Shown piece by piece: positions 9,228 to 19,077 of a DNA stretch of 64,000 nt (positions are counted from its first letter, which is position 1; every line of letters starts with the position of its first letter). This stretch comes from an uncultured Oscillospiraceae bacterium. Its GTDB lineage: Bacteria; Bacillota; Clostridia; Oscillospirales; Ruminococcaceae. The stretch spans positions 10,054-74,053 of the forward strand of contig CAYSRC010000003.1 of the NCBI GenBank assembly GCA_964433495.1, read 5' to 3'. Below the pieces are notes generated by a model that was not told where the DNA came from, did no database searches, and was given only the letters and a program-made list of their open reading frames with translations. A program made the position numbers and the translations under genes.

Positions 9228-10061
9228 ATGCTTTATATCTATCCCAATGTCGCGGACGGCTACGGCGTCGGCAGGTCGCAAAGGGTCGTCAGGCATCTTT
9301 TAGCTCTCGGTATACCGTGCGGCTGTGACGGCGGGTTTGCAAAAAAGCTCGGGGTCGACGGCCTGTCGGACGCGAAGGCGGGCGACTGCGCGTGCGTCGC
9401 GGCGGTCGGCGGCGACGGCACAATGCTCGCTGCGGCGCACGCAGCCCTCGAGCACGACCTGCCCGTTTTCGGCATCAACACGGGCAGGATGGGCTTTTTG
9501 CACGCGTTCGATTACGACAGCTTTTTCGAGTGCGGTGTCGACGATCTCAGGGCGCTCAAAAAATCGGGGCGCTCGCTGCTCGAGGTGTCGCTCAGACCCG
9601 ACTTTTCCGAGGCGATCTTTGCGCTCAACGACGCGGTCGTCGCGCGCATCTCGCACAAAAAATCCGCCGAGCTTGTTCTCAACTACGGCGGGACGTATTT
9701 TGCGACCCTCAGGGCGGACGGCGTGATCGCCTCCACACCGACGGGCTCGACCGCCTACTCGCTGTCGGCGGGCGGGCCGATTGTGACGCCCGACCTCGAC
9801 TGCACGCTGATAACGCCGGTCTGCTCGCACTCGCTGCTCTCAAACTGTGTGGTTCTGTCGCGAGACACATCGGTCGAGGTGGTCGTCACCGAACGGCCGT
9901 TCAACGACGTGTCGCTGTGCGTCGACGGGATATACGACCGGGTCGTGCCCGCCGGCGGCTCGGTGTATATACGCGGAAGTGAGCGAAAGATAATGCTCTT
10001 GACCTCGGAGAAGAGGGGCTTTTACGAGGTGCTCAAGAGAGATTTTGACGAGAGGACCTGA
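9228..10061 (+). CDS. nadK: NAD(+) kinase
   Basis: GGDGTML motif and ..STPTGSTAYSLSAGGPIV... Confidence 0.9.
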   Translation: MLYIYPNVADGYGVGRSQRVVRHLLALGIPCGCDGGFAKKLGVDGLSDAKAGDCACVAAVGGDGTMLAAAHAALEHDLPVFGINTGRMGFLHAFDYDSFFECGVDDLRALKKSGRSLLEVSLRPDFSEAIFALNDAVVARISHKKSAELVLNYGGTYFATLRADGVIASTPTGSTAYSLSAGGPIVTPDLDCTLITPVCSHSLLSNCVVLSRDTSVEVVVTERPFNDVSLCVDGIYDRVVPAGGSVYIRGSERKIMLLTSEKRGFYEVLKRDFDERT

Positions 10062-10068
10062 GAGCTTC

Positions 10069-10518
10069 ATGAAAAAGGAAAGACACAGCGCGATCGTCGA
10101 CATCATTAAAAGCAGACGAATCTCCACACAGGACGAGCTGATCGACGCTCTGCGAGAGCGGGGGTACAACGTGACGCAGGCCACCGTTTCGCGGGACATC
10201 CGTGACCTGCACCTTGTCAAGGCGTCTGTCGGGGCGGACGGCAGCCGCTATGTCGTCCGCGACGCGTCGGGCGGCCCGCGGGGCAGGTCCTTTCTAAATG
10301 TGTTTCGCGAGACGGTGATAAGCATCATCCCCGCGGGGTGCATCGTCGTCATCAAGTGCCACAGCGGGATGGGCAACGCCGCGTGTGAGGCGCTGGACGT
10401 GATGGGCTTTTCGGAGATTGTCGGGACGATTGCCGGGGACAACACCATCTTTGCGGTGACGCACGACGACGAGACCGCCGTGCGCACAGCCCAAAAGATA
10501 AACGAGCTTCTCGGCTGA
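10069..10518 (+). CDS. argR: arginine repressor
   Basis: ATG 10069. Winged-helix N-terminus ..RHSAIVDIIKSRRISTQDELIDALRERGYNVTQATVSRDIRDL.. and C-terminal GTIAGDNTIF. Confidence 0.85.
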   Translation: MKKERHSAIVDIIKSRRISTQDELIDALRERGYNVTQATVSRDIRDLHLVKASVGADGSRYVVRDASGGPRGRSFLNVFRETVISIIPAGCIVVIKCHSGMGNAACEALDVMGFSEIVGTIAGDNTIFAVTHDDETAVRTAQKINELLG

Positions 10519-10535
10519 GCATTGGGAGAGAGAAC

Positions 10536-12203
10536 ATGCTTCGTGAGTTGAATATTGAAAATGTCGCGGTCATCGAAAAAGCCCGCGTGACCTTTGAAAA
10601 GGGCTTGAATGTGCTCACGGGCGAGACGGGCGCGGGCAAGTCGATTTTAATTGACTCCATCAACGCGATCCTCGGCAACCGCACCACGCGGGAGATCGTC
10701 CGCTCGGGCGCCTCCAAGGCGGTCATTTGGGCCGAGTTTCAGGATATAAACCCTGTCTTTTCGCACGACATCTCAAAGCTCGGCTACGAGTGCGACGGCA
10801 CGCTCATCCTGCACCGCGAGATCACGGCGGACGGCAAGAGCGTGTGCCGCATAAACGGGCGGCCCGCGACGGCGCAGAATGTCCGCGATGTGTGCGGCGG
10901 CCTTATTAACATCCACGGCCAGCACGACAACCAGGATCTTTTGAACCCCGAGAGGCACCTCGGCATAATCGACGACTTCGCCTCCCTCGGGGAGGAGGCC
11001 GAAAAGCTCCGGGAACTCTACGAGGGCCTCAGCGAGGTCAAGGGCGAGATGGACAGGCTCTCGTTCGACGAGGCGAAGCGCGAGAGCTCGATTGAGCTGC
11101 TGAGTTATCAGATAGACGAGATCGAGAAGGCCGAGCTGTACGTCGGCGAGGACGACGACCTCGCCGCCAGGCGCGCGCTCGTGCGAAATTCCGAAAAGCT
11201 CACGCAGGCGCTCGGCGGGGCGTCCGCCATCCTCTCGGGCGACGGTGAAACGGACGGGGCGCTCGCGATGCTGTACACGGCGCTCAGCGGGCTCGAGGGG
11301 GTCTCGGGCCTCGACGAGGCGGTGGACTCGTGCGCGTCAAGGCTTTCCGAGATGTACTACGCCGTCAACGACATCGCCTCCGAGATCGGCGGGATTGCCG
11401 ACAGCTTCGGCTTTGATGCGCGGGACATCGACGAGATTGAGGAGAGGCTCGACCTCATCTACAAGCTCAAGCGCAAGTACGGCGGGACGGTCGAGGAGAT
11501 TCTCGCGTTCCGCGAAAACGCAAAGCGCGAGCTCGAGGGGCTCGAGCACTCGGACGAGCGCCTTGCGGAGCTGACGGCGCGGTACGAGGATATGCTCGCC
11601 GAGACGACACAGGCCGCCGAGCGGCTGAGCAAAAAAAGGGCTGCGGCGTTCCCGGTGTTTTCGGGCAGGATAACCGATGAGCTGTCCTACCTCAACATGC
11701 AGGGCGTCAGCTTCAACATCGCCCACCGAAAGGGCCCGCTCACGGCAAAAGGGGTGGACATCGTCGAGTTCTTCATCTCGCCCAATGTGGGCGAGGAGCC
11801 CAAGCCCTTAAGCAAAATCGCGTCGGGCGGCGAGCTGTCGAGGATAATGCTCGCCATCAAAAACACCATGGCTGACAAGGATCGGGTCGACACCCTCATT
11901 TTTGACGAGATCGACACGGGGGTCAGCGGGTCGGCCGCCGCAAAGATAGGCAAAAAGCTCAAGCAGTCGGCACGGGTGCGCCAGACGATCTGCGTGACCC
12001 ACTCGGCGCAGATTGCGGCCTTCAGCGACAACCATCTGCTGATTAAAAAGGACGTGCACGACGCGAGAACCTACACCGATATCACGACCCTCGACCGCGA
12101 GCAGCGAAAGCGGGAGCTTGCAAGGATCATCTCGGGGGACAACATAACCGAGACGGCGCTAAAAAACGCCGAAGAGATGCTCGAGCTTGCAAAAAACGGT
12201 TGA
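10536..12203 (+). CDS. recN: DNA repair protein RecN
   Basis: Walker A GETGAGKS, long coiled-coil middle region, signature ..SGGELSRIMLAIK.. and DEIDTGVSG. Confidence 0.95.
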   Translation: MLRELNIENVAVIEKARVTFEKGLNVLTGETGAGKSILIDSINAILGNRTTREIVRSGASKAVIWAEFQDINPVFSHDISKLGYECDGTLILHREITADGKSVCRINGRPATAQNVRDVCGGLINIHGQHDNQDLLNPERHLGIIDDFASLGEEAEKLRELYEGLSEVKGEMDRLSFDEAKRESSIELLSYQIDEIEKAELYVGEDDDLAARRALVRNSEKLTQALGGASAILSGDGETDGALAMLYTALSGLEGVSGLDEAVDSCASRLSEMYYAVNDIASEIGGIADSFGFDARDIDEIEERLDLIYKLKRKYGGTVEEILAFRENAKRELEGLEHSDERLAELTARYEDMLAETTQAAERLSKKRAAAFPVFSGRITDELSYLNMQGVSFNIAHRKGPLTAKGVDIVEFFISPNVGEEPKPLSKIASGGELSRIMLAIKNTMADKDRVDTLIFDEIDTGVSGSAAAKIGKKLKQSARVRQTICVTHSAQIAAFSDNHLLIKKDVHDARTYTDITTLDREQRKRELARIISGDNITETALKNAEEMLELAKNG

Positions 12204-12228
12204 CAGGCCGACGGTTTTACGGTATTAT
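12200..12228 (+). promoter_or_regulatory. candidate sigma-A promoter for the tyrS leader
   Basis: TTGACA (12200-12205), 17-nt spacer, TATTAT (12223-12228). Confidence 0.45.
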
Positions 12229-12235
12229 CTTGTTT

Positions 12236-12572
12236 ATGAGCTCCCTTGTACGGCCGTTTTTTGTCGGCCGCGCGAAGAGTTCGAGCGAATTTAAATAGTG
12301 ACTTGTGAGCTGTGACACGGCAAAAGTACCGATGTGCGGAAACGATCGAGAGAGCCCCCGGCAGGTGAAAAGGGGTGGCGTCCGCACATGGCGGGAATTA
12401 CATGCCGTTAGCTTCCTCCGAAAGGGGGCGCCGCGCGCGTTAAAACGCTGACGGAAGCGCCGTTGTCGCTCCCGGTGAGGACGCGTTCGGTGACGGCGCG
12501 TCGAAAAAAGGTGGTACCGCGTTTGGCTGACAAGCGCCCTTTTGTCGAAAGGCAAAGGGGCGCTTTTTTGAG
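12236..12572 (+). promoter_or_regulatory. T-box leader (tRNA-Tyr responsive) with terminator
   Basis: Stem I has lower helix ACGGCA/TGCCGT and upper helix ATGTGCGGA/TCCGCACAT, with an AGAGAG bay and a GGTGAAA distal loop. Specifier loop 3' side carries UAC followed by A (TAC at 12399-12401). T-box core AAGGTGGTACCGCG at ~12508-12522. Terminator GCGCCCTTTTG/CAAAGGGGCGC + T6 at 12533-12570. tyrS lies downstream. Confidence 0.85.
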
Positions 12573-12729
12573 TTTTGTTTCGGGGTTCTGCCCGGGACGC
12601 CGTCCGACCGTAAGAGACGCCTCGGCGGGCATCCCGACAGGATTCGGATTATCAAACGGAAAAGTCAAACCATGTCAATTCACGGGGCGAAAAGCCTCTA
12701 ATCGAACTATAAAAAGGAGAAACGAGATC

Positions 12730-13959
12730 ATGAACGTTTTTGACGACCTTCAGGCAAGGGGACTTATCGAGCAGTCGACCGATCTCGAGCGGGTGCGGGA
12801 GCTGCTCGGAGGAGAGAGCGTGACCTTTTACATCGGCTTTGACCCCACGGCGGACAGCCTGCACGTCGGGCACTTTATGCAGCTGATGATCATGCGCAGG
12901 ATGCAGAAGGCGGGGCACCGCCCGATCGCGCTGCTCGGCGGCGGCACGACGATGGTCGGCGACCCGACGGGCAAGACCGACATGCGCCGCATGATGACCA
13001 AAGAGACAATCGCCCACAACGCCGAGTGCTTTAAAAAGCAGATGTCCAAATTCGTCGATTTCTCGGACGGCAGGGCGCTCATGATCAACAACGGCGACTG
13101 GCTGCTGGGCCTCAACTACATCGACTTTCTGCGCGAGGTCGGGGTGCACTTCTCGGTCAACCGTATGCTGACGGCCGAGTGCTTTAAGAGCAGGATGGAG
13201 CGGGGGCTCTCGTTCCTCGAGTTCAACTACATGCTCATGCAGAGCTACGACTTCTACCACCTCAACGAGAAGTACGGCTGCGTCCTTCAGCTCGGCGGCA
13301 ACGACCAGTGGTCCAACATCATCGGCGGCGTCGAGCTCATTCGCCGCAAAGCCGGCAAGGATTCCTACGGCATGACCTTCTCCCTGCTCACCAACAAGGA
13401 GGGCAAAAAGATGGGCAAGACGGAGAACGGCGCCGTCTGGCTCGACCCCGAAAAGACCTCGCCGTATGAGTTTTTCCAATATTGGCGCAACGTCGACGAC
13501 GCCGACGTGTGCAGGTTTTTGTGCATGCTGACCGAGATCCCCGTCGACGAGATCGAGCAGTACCGCTCGGACGACGCCTCGGTCATCAACGCGGCAAAGG
13601 AGCGCCTCGCCTACGAGCTGACGGCGCTTGTCCATTCGCGAGAGGATGCCGACAGGGCGCTCGAGGCCGCGAGGGCCCTGTTCTCGGGAGCGGGCGACTC
13701 GCAGCACATGCCCTGCACCGAGCTTGACGCGGCCTGCCTCGCGGGGGGCGGGATCGAGCTTTGCGAGCTGATGGTTCGCTGCGGGCTTGCGGCGTCCAAG
13801 GGTGAGGCGAGACGCCTTGTCGAGCAGGGCGGCGTCTCGATAAACGGCGAAAAACAGAGCGATACAAGGGCGATTATCCCGGCCGAAACGCTTTCGGGCG
13901 ACGGCGCGGTGATAAGAAAGGGCAAAAAGGTGTACCACAGGGCGGTCGTCAAGGGCTGA
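12730..13959 (+). CDS. tyrS: tyrosine--tRNA ligase
   Basis: ATG 12730 inside track ORF 12463..13959. HIGH-type motif (SLHVGHF), KMSKS-type motif (KMGKT), C-terminal S4 domain. Confidence 0.95.
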   Translation: MNVFDDLQARGLIEQSTDLERVRELLGGESVTFYIGFDPTADSLHVGHFMQLMIMRRMQKAGHRPIALLGGGTTMVGDPTGKTDMRRMMTKETIAHNAECFKKQMSKFVDFSDGRALMINNGDWLLGLNYIDFLREVGVHFSVNRMLTAECFKSRMERGLSFLEFNYMLMQSYDFYHLNEKYGCVLQLGGNDQWSNIIGGVELIRRKAGKDSYGMTFSLLTNKEGKKMGKTENGAVWLDPEKTSPYEFFQYWRNVDDADVCRFLCMLTEIPVDEIEQYRSDDASVINAAKERLAYELTALVHSREDADRALEAARALFSGAGDSQHMPCTELDAACLAGGGIELCELMVRCGLAASKGEARRLVEQGGVSINGEKQSDTRAIIPAETLSGDGAVIRKGKKVYHRAVVKG

Positions 13960-13962
13960 GTC

Positions 13963-13986
13963 GGGGCGGCTCTTCGGCCCCTTTTG
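13963..13986 (+). terminator. terminator after tyrS
   Basis: GGGGC...GCCCC hairpin followed by TTTT, 4 nt after the stop. Confidence 0.55.
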
Positions 13987-14442
13987 GCTTGCTCCGATTT
14001 TTGCGCACAGTCATAAGTTATATTGAAGGACAAAGCCCCTGTGCCGCATTGTTTTGCGGCGCGGGGGCTTTTTGTGTCCGCTTCTTTTTGTGAGGGGTGT
14101 GCCGCCGCGGCTCGGTTTTTACGCCGTGCGCCTTAAAGAGGAAGCTTGTTCGAGGCAATATGACCGCAAAAGCCGCAAGCTGCAAAGGCGGAAAAACAGA
14201 CCCCCGAGAGCGGTTCGGTTTGCTTTTGTCACGGCATTTTTGACATGGTTTGGGGGTGCGGGGAAGTCGGCCGAAAGAATGCTTAAAAACCGCGCATCAA
14301 AGAAAATGTCTGTTTGATTGCCGGCTCGCCAGGAAAGGGCAGGCATAGTGCCGACGCATTTTGGGCAGGGGACGCTCCCGGCAGTTATAACCGCGAAAAG
14401 CTGTCAATACTTGTCACGAGAAAAACTTTCGGAGGATATCCC

Positions 14443-16752
14443 GTGACAGACAGAACCGAGCTTTCAAAAAATGCAAAGAGGGCGCTGCGCCTTGCGGCAA
14501 AAACGGCGGGGGATACGGGCAGCGCACGGATAGAGTCCGTCCATCTGCTGTATGCCGTCCTTTCGATAGAGGGCTGTTCCGCCCGTGTCGCGGCGCAAAG
14601 GGTGCTCGATGTATCCGCCGTGTGCGGCTTTATATTAAAGAGCGCCCGCGGCAAGGGCAGGACGCATGTGCCCGAGGACAGGGTTTCGGCCGAGGTGAAG
14701 AGCATAATCGACTATGCCTCGCTCTGCTCGCACAGATCGGGTCTCACCGAGACGGACACCAAAAGCCTGCTGTACGCCCTGTTGTGCTCGGAAAACCGGG
14801 AGGTAATGAACGCCGTGAGCGGGTGCGGCGGCAGCGCCGTACTGCTGAAGGAGCTGCTCTGCAAGGATCTGACGGGGCTTGCCGCAGGACCGGGGCAGCA
14901 CGCGCCGAAGCAGCCGGGACGCCTCACGGCAAAATACACCGTGGATATGACCGCCCTTGCCCGTGCGAGAAAGATCGGCGACGCGGTGGGCAGGGAGAGC
15001 GAGCTTTTCTCGGTGATGTCGGTGCTGTGCAGGCAGGGCAAAAACAACGTATGCCTTGTGGGTGAGGCGGGCGTCGGCAAGACAGCGATCGCCGAGGGGC
15101 TGGCGCACCGCCTCGCGCGCGGTGATGTGCCCGGCCCGTTAAAGGGCAAGCGTCTGCTGTCGCTCGAGCTGCCGTCGGTTGTCGCGGGCACCAAATACCG
15201 CGGGGATTTTGAGGAGCGCCTTCGCGGGATACTGTCCGAGGCGGAGGGTGCGCGCGAAGTGATTCTGTTTATCGACGAGCTTCACATGGCGCTCGGCGCG
15301 GGCGCGGCGGACGGCGCGGTAGACGCCTCGGGAATCCTCAAGCCTCTGCTTGCGAGGTCGGGTCTCAAGGTGATCGGCGCGACCACAACCGAGGAGTATT
15401 CGCGCATTATTCAAAAGGACAGGGCGTTTGAGCGGAGATTTTCGACAGTTGAGGTCGCGGAGCCGTCGGGCGCGCAACTTTTAGAGATTCTGTCGGAGCA
15501 CCGAAGGCGGCTTCAGATCCATCACGGCGCGCTCATCAGCGACGCCGCGTGCGAGGAGGCAATCCGCCTGTGCAAAAGATACGTGTACGACAGGGCGTTC
15601 CCCGACAAGGCGGTCGACCTCCTCGACGAGACATGCGCGAGAAAGCGTCTTTGCAGCGCGGGATGCGGGTTCTTCGAGATAACCGCCGACGACCTTAGGC
15701 GGACGGTCGAGAACAGGACGGGCGTCCCGATATCGGCCGAGGGCACGGTGTGCGGCCTTGAACGTCGGCTTCGGCAGAGGGTTGTCGGGCAGGACGAGGC
15801 GGTGCATAGGCTGTGCCGCGCGGTGATGCGCAGCGAGGCCGGGATCGCGGGCGGCGGGCGGCCGCTCGGCTGCTTTTTGTTCTGCGGCGCGACGGGCGTG
15901 GGCAAAACCGAGCTGTGCCGCGCCCTGGGCGAGGGGATGTTTCACGGCAGCCGGGCACTTGTGCGGATCGACATGTCCGAGTACCGCGACCCCTCGTCGG
16001 TGTCCCGCTTAATCGGCGCGTCGCCCGGCTACATCGGGCACGAGCAGGGCGGGCTGCTCACCGAGAGCGTCAGACGGCAGCCCTACTGCGTCGTCGTGTT
16101 TGACGAGCTCGAGAAGGGGTGCCCCGAGGCGATGAATCTGCTGCTGCAGATAGCGGATGAGGGCAGGCTGACCGACTCGCGCGGGCGCGTAGCGCGGTTT
16201 GACAACGCGGTGGTGATTGCCACCACCAACCTTTGCGCCGACGAGATATCGCGCGGACGCTCGACCCCCGGGTTCGGCGGGCAGAGCCGCGGCGAGGGCT
16301 ATCTTATCGAACAGCTGTGCCGCCTTACGTCGCCCGAGCTCGTCAACCGATTTGATGAGATCGTCTTTTTCAGGTCGTTTGATCGGGACAGCGCGCTTCT
16401 CGTCGCGCGGCAGATGCTGAACACGCTGAGAAAGCGCCTGTTTGCGGAAAAGGGGGTGGCCTTAAGCGTGGACGCCCGCGCGGAGGACAGGCTGGTCGAG
16501 CTGTCCGATTATGCGCGCTTCGGCGGACGGGCGATAAAACGGGCGGTGAGGAGGTATATCGAGAACGACGTTGCCGAGCTCATCTGCTCGGGCGCTTTAA
16601 AGCGGGGCGAGCGGGTGTACGCGGCGCTTGAGGGGGACGGGATATCCGTCTATACGATGAGCGCCTGTGTCGGCACAGGGGAGGGCGCAAAGGGTCTGCG
16701 CGACAAGCTGCTGTCGCCCACCCGCAATACGGCTGCGGGAAACGGGAGCTGA
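14443..16752 (+). CDS. ClpA/ClpC-family AAA+ ATPase (two-AAA Clp/Hsp100 chaperone)
   Basis: GTG 14443, 7 nt after GGAGGA. Clp_N repeats. Walker A GEAGVGKT (D1) and GATGVGKT (D2). Very short D1-D2 linker, so no ClpB/ClpC-type middle domain or UVR motif is visible. Confidence 0.85.
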   Translation: MTDRTELSKNAKRALRLAAKTAGDTGSARIESVHLLYAVLSIEGCSARVAAQRVLDVSAVCGFILKSARGKGRTHVPEDRVSAEVKSIIDYASLCSHRSGLTETDTKSLLYALLCSENREVMNAVSGCGGSAVLLKELLCKDLTGLAAGPGQHAPKQPGRLTAKYTVDMTALARARKIGDAVGRESELFSVMSVLCRQGKNNVCLVGEAGVGKTAIAEGLAHRLARGDVPGPLKGKRLLSLELPSVVAGTKYRGDFEERLRGILSEAEGAREVILFIDELHMALGAGAADGAVDASGILKPLLARSGLKVIGATTTEEYSRIIQKDRAFERRFSTVEVAEPSGAQLLEILSEHRRRLQIHHGALISDAACEEAIRLCKRYVYDRAFPDKAVDLLDETCARKRLCSAGCGFFEITADDLRRTVENRTGVPISAEGTVCGLERRLRQRVVGQDEAVHRLCRAVMRSEAGIAGGGRPLGCFLFCGATGVGKTELCRALGEGMFHGSRALVRIDMSEYRDPSSVSRLIGASPGYIGHEQGGLLTESVRRQPYCVVVFDELEKGCPEAMNLLLQIADEGRLTDSRGRVARFDNAVVIATTNLCADEISRGRSTPGFGGQSRGEGYLIEQLCRLTSPELVNRFDEIVFFRSFDRDSALLVARQMLNTLRKRLFAEKGVALSVDARAEDRLVELSDYARFGGRAIKRAVRRYIENDVAELICSGALKRGERVYAALEGDGISVYTMSACVGTGEGAKGLRDKLLSPTRNTAAGNGS

Positions 16753-17243
16753 TGTCCTGTGTTATGCGTCATCGGAGCGTTACCTTGCCGCCTATGTGGC
16801 GAAAACACAGCCGCGTCCTGTCGGACAACCGCGATTCTCTCGAGAAACCGCGCAGGGGAATCGGCCGCGGTGTTTCGCGGCGTTTTCAAAAGGGCGTTTG
16901 TGCGCCCCTGTGCATATCCTTGCCGTGCCGCCCGAAGAGGTTTTTTGGTACGCGGCAAGCTGTCATTCAGCCGCAACTCGGCAGCTTATGCTTTGCGCTC
17001 CGCCCTGTGTTATGCCGAAGGCAAGCCGCCGGCCTCTCCCCGAGGCTGTCCGGCAGATGCGCTTGCCGCCCGAAGAGGGCTCGGTTTGCGGGTACTCTCA
17101 AGACAACGTTGGCAAAGTCGCTCGGGTCGAGGGCGAAGGGGTTCCCTTATCGCAGTACGCTTCGCTCAATGCTTGAAGCAAAAGCTCTTTACGGGGTATC
17201 TCTCCCAAGCAGAACAGGAGCTTACGCGACAACAATTCGCGAC

Positions 17244-17290
17244 AAAAAAAGAGAAGGCCAAGACTGTTTTGTGTCCTGACCTTCTCTTTT
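17244..17290. terminator. bidirectional hairpin terminator between the Clp ATPase gene and the M20 gene
   Basis: AGAGAAGG...CCTTCTCT long stem, flanked by A7 (17244-17250) and T4 (17287-17290). Confidence 0.55.
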
Positions 17291-17468
17291 AACGTTCAAA
17301 CGGATGCGCCCGCCCTCTGCCGCAAAACCATATACCGCGCGGACGGGTTTGCGGCTGTGAGCGCGCATGACGGGTGTCGGGCGGCGACCTTGTGAGACTC
17401 CTTGTGTACAAGCGGCCGCGAAGGGCGCAAAACCGGCAAACCCGCGTGCACAAAACAAGCCCTAAAAC

Positions 17469-18644
17469 CTATTTGTTGTCCCTGAGCCAGCGGCAGGCGA
17501 TGTGCGCAAAGGCCGCGGCACAGTTGGGCAGGGCGTTTTCGTCAAAACGCACACGGGGGTTGTGCAGGCCGTAGACATAGCCGTCCTCAACCGTCCCCAT
17601 GCCAACGTGGTACATGACGCCGGGGACGATGTCGGAGAAGTAGGCGAAGTCGTCCGAGCCCTTGATGCCGAGGTTGAGGGTGTGGACGATGTCCTCGCCG
17701 ACGAGCTCGCGCATGTAGCCCAAAAGCTTTTCGGTCAGATCGGGGTCGTTGTAAGTCGTGGGGGTCTGCGAGGTGAAGGTGACGGTCGCCTCGGCGCGGA
17801 AGGTTTTCGCGACCCCCTCGACGACCTCGCAAAAACGCTTGACAACGTCGTCACGCGACGCTTTGTCAAACGCCCTGATGGTTCCCTTGAGCTCGGCGGA
17901 CTCGGGGATGATGTTGGGCGCGTCGCCCGCGTGAAAGGAGCCGAAGGTGATGATGTTGGGGGAGAGCGCCGTTATCTCGCGGGTTGAAACCGTCTGGACG
18001 GCGTCAATTATCTTTGCGCCCACAAGCACGGGATCCACGCCGTTTTCGGGCGCGGAGCCGTGACAGCCCTTGCCCTTTATCGAGACGGTGAAGATGTCGC
18101 TCGAGGACAGGTAGGTGCCCGGCAGGACATTGAAGTGTCCAGTGGGCAGGGGGAGGTTGGTGTGCATCGAGATGGCGGCGTCGACATGGGGGTTCTCCAT
18201 GACGCCCGCCTCAATCATCGCCCTTGCGCCGTTGATGGACTCCTCGTCGGGCTGGAAGCAGAGCTTGACTGTGCCGTCTATCTCGCCCTCGTGCGCCTTG
18301 AGCATCTTTGCGGCGGCAAGCAGGGCGGAGGTGTGGATGTCGTGACCGCACGAGTGCGACGCGCCCGCGGTGCACGCAAACGGCTCGCCGCTCTGCTCGA
18401 GGTGGGGAAGCGCATCGATGTCGGCGCGGATGAGGATGGTTTTTCCCTTCCCGTTGCCGACCGTGCCGACCACCCCGCACTTGACGGGCTCGGAGTAGGG
18501 GATGCCGTACTCCTCGAGCTTTTTCTTGATGAAGGCGGACGTCTTGGGCAGCTCAAAGCCGACCTCGGCGTTTGCGTGAAGATAACGCCTCATCTCGATG
18601 GTTTCCCGCTTCATTGCCAAAGCTTCCTTTAAAAAATCGGGCAT
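17469..18644 (-). CDS. M20D-family amidohydrolase (N-acyl-L-amino acid amidohydrolase type)
   Basis: ATG 18644 preceded by AAGGAGAG. ..LHANAEVGFELPKT.., ..ASHSCGHDIHT.. and ..FQPDEE.. are metal-ligand motifs of M20 peptidases. Confidence 0.8.
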   Translation of the reverse strand: MPDFLKEALAMKRETIEMRRYLHANAEVGFELPKTSAFIKKKLEEYGIPYSEPVKCGVVGTVGNGKGKTILIRADIDALPHLEQSGEPFACTAGASHSCGHDIHTSALLAAAKMLKAHEGEIDGTVKLCFQPDEESINGARAMIEAGVMENPHVDAAISMHTNLPLPTGHFNVLPGTYLSSSDIFTVSIKGKGCHGSAPENGVDPVLVGAKIIDAVQTVSTREITALSPNIITFGSFHAGDAPNIIPESAELKGTIRAFDKASRDDVVKRFCEVVEGVAKTFRAEATVTFTSQTPTTYNDPDLTEKLLGYMRELVGEDIVHTLNLGIKGSDDFAYFSDIVPGVMYHVGMGTVEDGYVYGLHNPRVRFDENALPNCAAAFAHIACRWLRDNK

Positions 18645-19077
18645 GGGTATTCTCTCCTTAAAATTGTTTTTTGCGATAGGCACATTGCAGCGACAGAGGT
18701 TTAAACCTTGAAGGCAAAGGTGCCGCTCTTAGCTATAGCTCTTTGATACGCGGCCGTCAAAAGCAGGCCGTCATTAACGGAGCGCGGCGCAGAAAACCGC
18801 AACCTGCGCACCGATTTTGTTTTCTTTTGCCAAGGGGTCGTTGCGTTTATCATGCAGAGCAGCGGGCGCGATAATCCGCTTAAACATGCCTTGCGCTTTG
18901 TTCTCAAATAGTCGCGCCGCTTTCGCGGCGAGGGAAGCGGTTGTCACACCTTTTTTGGGGGGCGCCGTTCGTTTTTTGCAGAACGCTTTTGCTCAAAGGC
19001 ACTTTGTCGGGAACGGGATAGATCGGCGCACAGAGCACAAGTGTTTTCGCGCACAGCCGCTGTAAAGGGTTTAAGCA

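Noticed and set aside
12652-13938. 428-aa ORF antisense to tyrS. Similar long antisense ORFs: 452..1279(-), 29394..31349(+), 31938..33578(-), 33674..35149(-), 35683..36936(-), 44463..45977(-), 48226..49698(-), 51661..53019(+), 47378..48373(+).
   Set aside because: Each lies opposite a gene with unmistakable family motifs and translates to Arg/Ala/Gly/Pro-rich low-complexity sequence. Stop-poor antisense frames are expected at this GC content.
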